From contig JANHCV010000001.1 of NCBI GenBank assembly GCA_025594325.1, positions 3,844,001-3,908,000 on the forward strand: a stretch of DNA of 64,000 bases, read 5' to 3'. The notes beneath the pieces were generated by a model. It made no database searches. It saw only the letters and a list, made by a program, of their open reading frames with translations, and was not told where the DNA came from. This stretch comes from Blastocladiella emersonii ATCC 22665 (Eukaryota > Fungi > Blastocladiomycota). Shown in pieces: positions 46,794 to 57,072 of the stretch. A program made the translations under genes and the position numbers. Each line of letters starts with the position of its first letter. Within the stretch, counting starts at the first letter, position 1.

Positions 46794-49618
46794 GTTGTTG
46801 CGGGGTATGAGTGCGATGAGTGAGCGGGGAGGGAGAACGGCGAGGAGCGCCGCGAGATGGGAAGGTCGTTGCGGCTACTGAGCGCAGCCTCGAGCGGGGA
46901 TGAGGATGGGGATGAGGATAGGATTGGGCTCGGACGGAAGTGGGAGCCAAGGCGGGAGCCACGGGAGCGGGAGCTCGGCGGGCCGGGAGGCGCAGCGCGC
47001 GCGGGCGAGCGGCCAGGAGGTGGCGCCACGCGTGCGGGACTCGGAGCCGGGGGAGCCGGGGAGCCTGGACCGGAGTCTAGGGGGGCGCGAGGCATGTGTG
47101 GTTAGTCTCGGCTCCAGCGCGTGTTATGTAAGCCGCGCTCGGGCGCCATCCGACTCGGGCGGGCAGCCACCAGCGACGACGGGAAGAACGGGCCAGACAC
47201 GGCAGAAGCCGTGGAAGGAGGCGCACCGTGATGGTCGCCGGGCGGGAGCGGCGGCGTCGGCTGCGGCGGGCGGCGTGCTTGTTGTTGATGTTGGACGGCT
47301 GGTCGGAGAAGGTCGCCGGCGCCACATGCACTACGCGGTGCGGTGCAAGCGATGGTCAGTTGCAGGAACGGAAGGAGGGTGGGGATGCCCGAGTTGGTGG
47401 TGGCCGCCGCCATGGCCAACGGCGGCGCCGTCCCGCGTGGCGTAGCGTCGCGTAGCGAGCACGGAACACGGGCGGGGGCGTAGGAGCAAGAAAAATGCCG
47501 CCATTTCATGAAGGGTATGAAACGTCATGAAGCCGACCGACTGACCGACCGTCGTGCGCCGCGCCACCGCCCGGTCGCGCCCGGTGGCCGTGACCGTGGC
47601 CGCGGCCACGAGTCGGTCGGTCGGTCGCGGCCGACCACGAGAGGTCTCTGCGACGGAGGCTTCGGCGGAGAGGATGACGGACGAGAAGATGCTAGAACAG
47701 AACGCACCGTGGGGAGGCGGACGCGATCACGGCCAGCGCCGGCGCGCGGTGCTTCGATCGACGCGAACACGCGGTGTGTGGGCAGGGAGGCGATCGGAGC
47801 GCGCGGACCCGTTGATCGTGATCGTGGGCGGGTATCTGCGATTGGCGACTGCCGTGGGAGGCGGCCGTGACAGCGGGGCACGAGGGGGGCGGCGGGCACG
47901 ATCGCGCGCGGGAAGCGCCGCCAGGAGAGGCGTCGCCGTGGCACGCGGGCGCGCCGGCTGCGCACGCGAGACGCTTGCCCGGGACGGGGGCGGCGATGCT
48001 TGGCGCCGCTTGTGTCAAGGGAACTGCTTGTGTTGCGCGCGAGGGCGTGGGAGCCGCGCCGTGCTCGCGTGAGCTAGGCCACGGGGACGGCCTTCAGGGG
48101 TCGGCGCTGGGTCGGCGCCGCGGCCGGCTTGCGCGTGGCGGGCTCGAGGTCGCGCGGATCGACGCGCGTCTGCTGGCTGCTGCCGCTGGCGGGGGCGGGC
48201 GGCGAGTGCGGAGAGTCGCGGCAACTGCTTGGCCGACGCGGCGGCGTGGTCGTGGGTGGCGTAACCGTGTTGGTCGCGAAGCGAGCCGCGGAGAGGAGCG
48301 AGAGAGGAGGAATCGGAGCACGGCGGGGCAGAACAGCCGGCGGCAAGCAGCGCTTTCTGCCTCGTCGTAATGCGTCTTGTGTGGACAAGGCTCTTTGCTC
48401 GAGCGCCCGCCGCGCCTCGAGGCCCGCGTCTCGCTCGGCAGACTTTTTCCCCTCTCTTCTCTCCCCACCCGACCGCTCGGTGGCGCTGACTTCACGCTCG
48501 CCTTGTTGACACGCTTGCGCTCTCTCCATCCCTCACGTACAGCCGACCGCTGCCGCCGCCGTGATCCGCACTGATCCCGCCGACGTGTTGGCCAGCCGGC
48601 CGGCCGGCTCGCGCGTGGCCACGGCCGTGTTCTCCCGGCCTCGCTCTCTATCTCACTTTCACCCTTCGCTCTCCCGATATGGGAACGTGGTGGCAACACA
48701 ACGCGCCTTGTTCTCTCCATCGGCTGCCGCGCTGGGCGGCGGCCGTGGCGGCAACAAGGGTCGCCAACGATGCTCGTGGCCGCGCGGGATCAAACGCCGT
48801 AATCGTCGCCCACGCGGCCGCGCGCGAAGCTGATTGATGTCTGGCCGACGAGGCACCCCGCCGAGAGATTTTTGCGCCGATTGGCTCGACGGCCGCGGCA
48901 GCGATTGGCCCATGCACGTCGTCGCGGGCGGGCGGGCCGCTGCCGGCCCGGTGGCACCCGCTCGCTTCGCCGGTCCACGGCCGCGCCGCGCGAGCAGGCC
49001 GAACGAACCGATCCGCCGGGCGTGGTCGTGCAGGACCGCACGCGACGGCCGGTGTTCAGCGCGTCTGGGGACGTGGCCGAGCTGCTGGCCACCGCGCGCG
49101 TGGCCGCCGCGGCTGCCGGTCGTCGTGATGGGCAGCGAGCGTCTTGTCGATGGAATCGGTGCGAGGCAAAGGCTACTCGGTGAGGGTGGCGCGTGTGCAG
49201 GATTGCTAGCGGGCACCGTTGTTGAGAGGGCAGGGTCACAGGTCGTGGCTACTGAGCCACCCACCCGAGCCAGATGCAAACCATCTTGCCCGCTCGCCAC
49301 CGCGCAGGCGGCAACCAACCCGTCGGCTACGATGGTCCATCGCCTCTGTCTGTTCGGGCAAACCTTGATGGAACCGGCGATGGGTTTCACAGCCGACGTG
49401 TCGAGTCAGACGATCTCTTGAGGCGTGCGTCAGTTAAAGCTCCCCGCCCTGTAGGGTGCGTTGATGGCGCGACCGCGACGCGCGCGCCTGCAGCCTTGTT
49501 CTCCATGTTACTTGCGGCGTGGCGCAGTTGCAGGGTCGGGGGCCACGCGTCGTTCAAGCGCGCTACGCCACGGCGGGCTTGCTGCCCCTGCTGCGACTCC
49601 CCCCGCCCACCACTGACC

Positions 49619-50053
49619 ATGAGCGTGACTCCCCGCAACGAGCCGGCTGCTGCCGCGTCGCAGCAGCGCATCAAGACATACGCCGCGTTCTACAAGTTCT
49701 ATCTCGCCGAGCACGCGCATGTCGTGAACCGCCGCCTGCACCTGCTGGGCACGACCAACGCCGCGGGCTTGATCGTCGCCGCGATCCTCAAGCGCCAGCC
49801 CAAGCTGCTCGCCCTCGCGATTGTTCAGGGCTATGCAATGGCGTGGATCGGCCACTTCTTCTTTGGTACGAGGGCTCCCAGCAAGCGGGATCACGCAGGA
49901 TCACGGTTTTCTAACCAGCAACCCCCGCTCACGTCGCTCTCGTCGCGCCGCGTAGAGAAGAACAAGCCCGCGACCTTCAAGTATCCGCTGTGGTCTTTCA
50001 TCTCCGACTGGAAGATGTGGTACGAGACGGTGACGCTGCAGCGCAAGTTCTAA
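49619..50053 (+). CDS. DUF962 / Mpo1-like small membrane protein
   Basis: FYKFYLAEH..NRRLHLLGT, GYAMAWIGHFFFEKNKPATFKYPLWSFISDWKM after removing intron 49866-49955. Confidence 0.88.
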   Translation: MSVTPRNEPAAAASQQRIKTYAAFYKFYLAEHAHVVNRRLHLLGTTNAAGLIVAAILKRQPKLLALAIVQGYAMAWIGHFFFGTRAPSKRDHAGSRFSNQQPPLTSLSSRRVEKNKPATFKYPLWSFISDWKMWYETVTLQRKF

Positions 50054-50095
50054 GGTCAGGGCTGATCGAGAACGAGAGCAATACATTGACCGTCA

Positions 50096-51130
50096 TTAGC
50101 GGAGATACGACTGCTCCTCCTCAAACTCGAGCCGGCGCAGACACTTCTCGGCGGCGAGCGCCACGTCCTTGGCGAGCAGCGTGTACCCAGTCGAGTTGAA
50201 GTGCACGCGGTCAAAGAAGTAGTTCTTGCTGAGGCGGTACTCGGTGTTGGCGCGGTCGGGCTCAGCGCCGAGATGGATGCGCGACGTCTTGGCGTCGAGC
50301 CCCTTGAGCCACGCGCGCAGCACCGCGTTGCACACCTGCGTCTGCTCGAGCGCCTTGACCATGGCGCCGGGCTCGCCGTCGTCGGTGCGTGGCCCGTCGA
50401 GCGCCCAGTTGGGCACCGTGCACACGATGACCATGCCGTAGTGCTCGGCGAGGTGCTCGGCGATATCGCGCACGTTCTGCGCCGTCTCGCGCCCGTTGAC
50501 GCCGCGCAGCGCGTCGTTGAACCCGAGCATCAGCACCACCGCATCTTTGCCGCGCTGCTCCTCGGTCCCGCGCGTCAAGAACGCGCGCGTGTACAGCGCG
50601 CCCTTGGCCGTCGACTTGTCGATGCTGGGTGGGAGCCAGTCCGCCGACACGGTGCCGTGCCGGCCGCAGTTGATGGTGCGCCACTGGTGGCGCAGGACCT
50701 TGAGCTTGGGCAGCTGGTTGACGATGCGCTGCGCGACGCCCGCCTTGGACCCCGGGATCACCCAGTCGCCGTAGCCCAGGGCAAAGTCGTCGCCCGCCAC
50801 GACGATGTGGTGGAAGAACTTTTTCTCCGTGTAGTTCCACGGGTTGGCCAGCGACTACGAGAGCTGTATGAGCGTTGGACGGGACGTGAACGAGTCGGGA
50901 CCGCGTACGCTCAGGAAGTTGATCCAGTGAACGTGCAGGAGCAGACGCAGCCGGTTGACAAAGCCGATGACGACCGCGACCACGAGCCGGAAGCCGCGCG
51001 TGTTGGCCGGGTCGTCGGCCGCGGCAATCGAGTCGGTCTCGGCCTTGGCAACGGCGGCTGCGTGCTGCAGGTCCTGGAGGAGGACCGTAGTCTCTTCCTC
51101 TTCGCTTTGCACCGACTTCTCGGGTTCCAT
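50096..51130 (-). CDS. SGNH/GDSL-hydrolase-fold protein; block I serine replaced by Asp
   Basis: Block I VVAGDDFALG, block II NCGRHG, block III LMLGFNDA, block V DRVHFNSTGY; hydrophobic segment before the domain. Intron 50855-50908. The start may instead be 51229. Confidence 0.75.
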
Positions 51131-51378
51131 GAGATCCGTGTGCGCTGCTTTCGTGACGGGTACGAGGGAGAGCGAGCCCAAGCAAGTCGACAGATCCGGC
51201 AGCGGCGCGAGACGCGTCAGACTTGGCATGTTGATCTGGTCAGGTGCGCCTGAGACTCGCCGCCCACCTTCGCGTCTCGGGTCGGTCAGCTCTCCCGTCT
51301 CTACCACCACCCTACCCATGCCATCGAAGGAAAGAAGCCGCTACTTGATGCAACACTAGATCAATCTTGCTCTCTATC

Positions 51379-54336
51379 ATGGCCGACCCCTTCTTCGACG
51401 CACCACGGCCTGCGCGCGTCGCGTGGTCCCGTTCCAATGTCCTGGTCTTCCCCTCGTCAGGCAACACTTGTACCGTGGTGTACCCCTCGCTCGAGATCTC
51501 TGCGAACGAGCGCATGGTGCTCGAGTCGGCCAAGGTGCAGGCGGCGGCCCTCGGCCCAAACTCGCATGTCCCGCTTGATATCGCGCTCCGTGGGCCTTCC
51601 ACGCGGTTGAAACCTCCCGCACCGTGTGAAGCTTCAGTGGGAGACTGCGGACTCGAGATCAACAGCGACGGTACGCGGATCGCTGCGGCCGACGCGTCTA
51701 ATCGGCTCGTCATGTGGAAGCGAGTGGCAAGTAAACTTTCTGAAGCTCTGTACGGCTCGAGCTAACGATCAAGCGCTTCTGTAGGGCTGCCTAAACGAGT
51801 GGTCCGAGCCAGAGACTTTTCCGCTCGCTGGTCGGCCAGTTTCCATGATGTGGATCGACAATATCCCTCGCGTACGCCTGCCCTCCCCATATCTCTTGCA
51901 CCTCCGACCCCGCTCACACACGTTCCCGCATAGTATGTTGACCCTCGCGAAGAGCCCGTGGAACCTACTTTTCCCGGCACCCTGATCGGCCCCGAACTTC
52001 TCGCCGTGATCACGGACACGGCGCACGTCCACCTGTTTGTTCCATCGCTCCGCCGCTACCACACCATGGACTTTCCGCTCGCCATCTCCGACGAGCTGAA
52101 TCGCCACGTTCTCAGCGCCTCGCTTGCCGGCACCCGCAGCGGCCACATCCTCGCGCTCGCCGCCGTCACCCGCAAGGACGACCCGGCCGCCCGCGTGATT
52201 CTGACCTGGCGCATGTACTGGGACCGCCGCACTTCGGCGTGGCGTGTCCAGCTTCCGACGACGCTGAACCTACCCGCCGTCATGGCAGGAAATCCGTCGG
52301 GTCCGCTTTCTGTCGCAGTGCTCGGGCTCAATGATCGGACGTGGGCGGTGGTCGCCGACCCGGGCTCGCCGGCGTACCTCCTCGATCTGCGCAACGAGGT
52401 TGATCCAGCCGCCGCCACGAGCGGGACCGAGGCCGACGCGACGTGGGCTACGCTCGGCCGCCTTCCCGAACTTGCTGGGGTGGTCGTGGGACTCGTGCCG
52501 TCGCCCGCGCACGCCGCATTCGCCGTCACCACCGCGGACGGCGCCGTGGGCCTCCTCAAGGTCCCGCAGTCGTTGCGCGGCCGTAATACGGCGGAAACCG
52601 CGGTGCCGCAGTGGTTCCCCATTACTGCGCCAGGTGGCAGCAGCTCTCTCACGGCGCGCGCGGCCCTGTCGCCCAATGGCTGCTGGATCGCTGCAGCGAG
52701 TCGCGACCCCGCGCGTGGCGGGCTCGGTCATCTCGTACTTTTAACGGTCCCCGGCACTGCGTGCGCGTTCCCCATGTCGACCCTCGCAGCCACCGCCGCA
52801 TCATCGGGCGGGCACCTCCCGACCGTCCGCGAATCGCTCGCCGCGACCGATCTGCCCTCGCCCGCGGGCGACTCGATCCTCGCCTCGCCGACCGACGCCA
52901 TCGACGACGTGTACGCGTACCACCTCGCCGTGGCGCTCCTCGAGTCGCGCGACGTGTCGGACCTCGCGCACCACATGCTCACGACGGGTCCGCCACTGCA
53001 CGACGCCGACCACGACCGCGCGTGGCGGTGCGAGCGCGTGTTCCGCACGGTGCTGACGTGGCTCAACGTGCGGCTCAAGCGCGACGACGGTGGCGGATAC
53101 GGGCTCCGCGCGCGCATCTGGGACCGCGCCGAGACCCTGCTCGAGTCGCCGCTGTTCGCGCGCGCGTTCCACGCCATGGTCGTCGTCGCGCGCGCGTGGG
53201 AGCTCCCCGAGATGTTCGCCGGCGCGATCGCCGCTATGCACCTCTCCGTCGCGCTCGGCGTGCTCAAGAAGTCGCTTGCTGAATCCAACGCAGCGGCTAT
53301 GCCGGGGAGCCCGAATGGCTCGAAACCCAACACGCCGTCGACCGACGAGCCACGGATCAAGCGCGAGTCCGTGATCCCGATGCTCGCCGTGATGCTCTGG
53401 GTCCTCGACTGGCTGTCGCGCACGGTGCGGCAGCTCGGCACCGCGCTGCAGCACACAACCGAGACCAGCGGCAGCGGCGACTGTGCCCCGTTGCGCAACC
53501 CGGCCGCTCTCCTCACGCACCCGTTCGTCACCCACATCATCCGCACGCTCATGGCCAAGCTCGTGCCGCTGCAGCACGCGCTGAGCAACCCCGCCGACGA
53601 GCCCATGAAGATCAGCCTGCGGCTCCTGCTCACACGCACCAAGCTGCACACGGAGCACCTCGCGCGCATGCTGCAGGCCATGGAGAAGGCGACGGCCGGC
53701 GCCGCCGGGTCCGAGGCGGGCGACCTCGCCGCGGACGAGCTCGCAGTCCTCGTCGGCATGCGGATCCCGCCCGCCGTCGCCGCCACGCTGCACCCGGTCG
53801 TGGCCTCGGAGCTCCACAACGTGTTCCGCCCCGCCAACGCGATGACCAACGACGGCCGCTGGGTCGCGCTCGACGTCCCTGCGCCCCCGTCGTCGCCCAG
53901 CGCGTGGATCGTCCGCGGCACGCTGGTCGCGGACCGCGTCTCGGGCACGATCGACCCTGCCCGCGCCGCGTCTGCGCTCGCGCACCTTCGGCGCGGGATC
54001 GACGTGGTGCGCAAGGTCGAGCTCGCGAGCTGCACTGGCCCGCTGATGCAGTGCACGACGTGCTTCGGCGTGACCATGGCTCCCGCGGGCGGATCGGCGG
54101 CGTGTCCCATCGATTTCCAGCGGCTCGAGCCGCCGCCCGCCGTCTGGGCGCCGTGGAACGATGCGTTCGCGCTCGGGTGTCTCTGCGGCGGGCGGTGGTG
54201 GCATCTTGCCGAGTACGAGGCGGCGGCCGCCGCTGTTCCTGCCTGGCAGCATCGTGGGTCAGCGACGAGTGGGCTCCTTGACGAGGGTGTGGGCGACTGG
54301 GATTCGCTGTTGACAACGGGTGCGAAGTTCTATTAA
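51379..54336 (+). CDS. MED16: Mediator subunit 16 (Sin4)
   Basis: VAWSRSN N-terminal propeller start; C-terminal DVVRKVEL..MQCTTC..W..W...CLCGGRWW zinc-finger motif typical of MED16. Introns 51727-51784 (probably GC-AG) and 51872-51933. Confidence 0.75.
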
Positions 54337-55748
54337 ACGCCGCGAATTTATAGTGCGATATCCACACAAAGAACGGTCCCGTGCGCGTTTGCATCACGCT
54401 GTGGCGCAACGCGTCCCTCATGGGGCGCTGATGGCCGAGTTGATGTCTGAGTCTATCGTAACTGCGGCACCGCATACAAGGTAGGAGCGACGGTACAAGT
54501 CGGACGGCGAGATTGAGCCGAATTATTCACGCTGGCTAGAACGGCGACAGGGGGTACAAGTAGGTAAGGAGCTTGATGGGGGTGTTGGCACATCCGCCAG
54601 CACTTTAAGGAAACGGAGGCTCATATATCTTCTTAATTAGAGACGGTAATCTTCAGCAGCGCGGAAGCAGACGAACGCGTTCTGAACAGGCTGAGTTTGT
54701 CCATAGCAACGTGTCCCGTGACGTGAGATCAGCCCGCAACAACGCGTCGCCCCTCCGCCGCCGCGTGCTGGGCGCCGCCGCGCGCTGGGCGCCGCCGCTC
54801 CGCGATCAATAAAACCAGTTGGCGGGCCCCGCCCACCCACGTCTTGTTTCATTAACACTTATTATCCAGCACAACTTCAAAAGCACCTTTCTCGAGGCGA
54901 CTCTCGCGAGTTGTCGAAGACGGTCCTGGGTCGTCCAGTTGATGCAGGAGCGATGCCGCTACGTCGGACACGCAGACAGATTGGGTGCGAGATTGCTGCG
55001 GTCAAAGACCGGGTGGGCTTTCTCGCAATTCTGCTGTGACAATCGCGATCCCTTTGCCGGGGATGTTTTGCTACTTTGGCCTTGAGCCCGAGCTAGTGCT
55101 CTCGTGAAATTCCTCTCAGTTTAGGGTATATGACTGCCGTGATCGTCCGCTTGCGTACGCGGTGCGCCAGTGGAGACGACAAAATCTGGACGAGCGCCAG
55201 TCAAGCGTTGACGTCCATCCGCCCCAAGTTCACGACGCACAACCGTTCCGTCAACTGCTTCACGACCGTGTCGATCGTTCTCCATGTGGAGAAGAATCAC
55301 GAGCACGAGGGAGGATAAAGCGCGTGGGCCCGCCCCGGGTCTTAGCCCGGGCATCGCTTGATCGGCGTGCGGCGTGAACGATTTGTCGACGTCCGTGAGT
55401 GGCGAGCCTTGAGGATCGCGTTGTGCGGACAATGGGTTCTGGTCGAGGGTGGCGTGTGGGCGAGAGCGATCACCGCGCTTGGATCACGTTGTGGCGCAGC
55501 GCGTCCATCACCGCACGGGCGACTTGGGCAGCGTGTTCGCGCAACCGATCGCGAGAGCACGGGTTACATAGGTGGTAGTGGTGTTCGGCGTACCGTGATT
55601 GACGGTCGGTTCATTCCAGGTCGCTGCCCTCGCTCGCGGGAAGCGTGGAGAGGGTTAAGCTGTCGCAAGACGAATGCGCAATATCCGTTCAAGCACGCAC
55701 ACGTTATGTATTTTTCGAGCTTCGAGGGTCCACAAGGATGTAATACTA

Positions 55749-56109
55749 CTAGACATAATCGGCACCGCGCCCCCTTTGACGGCGTGTAGAGATTGAGCGT
55801 GGAGACGGCACGCTTGATGGGACATTAGCATCAAACGCCGCGAACGACGCGGCCAGGTCCGCCTTGTTGACGAGCGGTGCCTTCTTCTGCGATGCGGTAC
55901 TGCCATGCACAGCGCGGGGTGAGCGGGCGTTACTGCCGCTGCTGGTGCTTGCAACTGGGGTAGTGTTGGGAGCGGCGGGACCCGTTGGATAGAGGGGGCT
56001 CGGCTTCGTCTCCGCCTCAGCAATGCCTTTTTTCAGTAATGTCGCCCAGAGTTGATGGCGAGCGAATAGAAACGAAATCGACGACGGGCTTAATCTGGAG
56101 CTGCCCCAT
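55749..56109 (-). pseudogene. Possible small orphan gene broken by a 1-nt frameshift in an A6 run (or a sequencing error)
   Basis: TATAAA at 56219-56214 and ATG at 56109 (MGQLQIKPVVDF). Removing one A at 56028-56033 gives a 119-aa frame ending in TAG TAG. No homology recognised. Confidence 0.25.
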
Positions 56110-57072
56110 CTTGATTGTTGTTATTTAGTTTAGCTTGAATGCGGGTTTGGTCCGAAGATACAAGTCAGCAATGAGAGGTGAGAGTGGAGGTCTGCATGGG
56201 GAGGCCCGCGGCCTTTATAGTGACTGAGGCTCGGCACCAGCAGCATGAACGAGTGTACGTTGGACAACGAATGCGCATATTCGTTCGAGTGAATAGCTGA
56301 GCATCTACTTAAGACACGTGCCGTGTGGATACCTCACCAGCGCCTCGCGATCGCAACACTCATTTTGAGTCCAGCGTGGCTGGAAATCAGCCGTGCCAGC
56401 CATCGAGTATTCGCTCGAAAGCTTCTTTACGGAGAACCTTGATCATGTCCGCCACAAAATCGTCTGCGGGTACGCCGGCGAGCGAAGCACCGCATTTGAT
56501 CGCTCCGTCCAGCTTCCGGCTCGCCGATCGCTGGGCAACCAGCCAGTCCGCGAACGGCGACGGAACGGACCTCACACGCCTCTGCATTGATCGAGCTCAA
56601 GTCCGCGACCACCGTTCATGGACAAGGCGATGAGCCAATCCACCGCTCCTGACGCGCGGATGCTGCTGCCAACGACCCGCTCTCGCCCGCGGCCGACGCA
56701 GTCAAGCTTGACATCGCCAACCTCGAGAGGAGCGCGCTCCCCGCGTCCAGGTCGCACACATGCACGGGGTCACTGAGAGCAACAATCCCACCGCGGCGGA
56801 CAAGAAGCAGCGCGAGAAATCTCAGCGCGTTCAGTTCACAACGAACCAGGATCTTTGTTTATACGCCGCAGTGAGATCGACGCTCTAACGGGTGGTTGTC
56901 TCGCAGCGTGTCTCACAGGTTCGCGTCGCGTCGCGATATCACGTCTTGATCACGCGCGGGTGGCACTCGGGCTGCCCCCATCCCGAGCACCCGCGACTTC
57001 GCGCCTCGGCCTCTACGCCTCGCCGATCCGTTGTCCTGGATCACGTCCCAAGTATATGCAAACGAATGAATC

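Noticed and set aside
4058-51130. Apparent lipid-metabolism cluster (ceramidase, DUF1365, acyltransferase, DUF962, SGNH)
   Set aside because: The genes are 9-25 kb apart and separated by unrelated housekeeping genes; there is no evidence of a shared pathway or shared motif.
55119-55127. TTTAGGG telomere-like unit
   Set aside because: Single copy; expected by chance.
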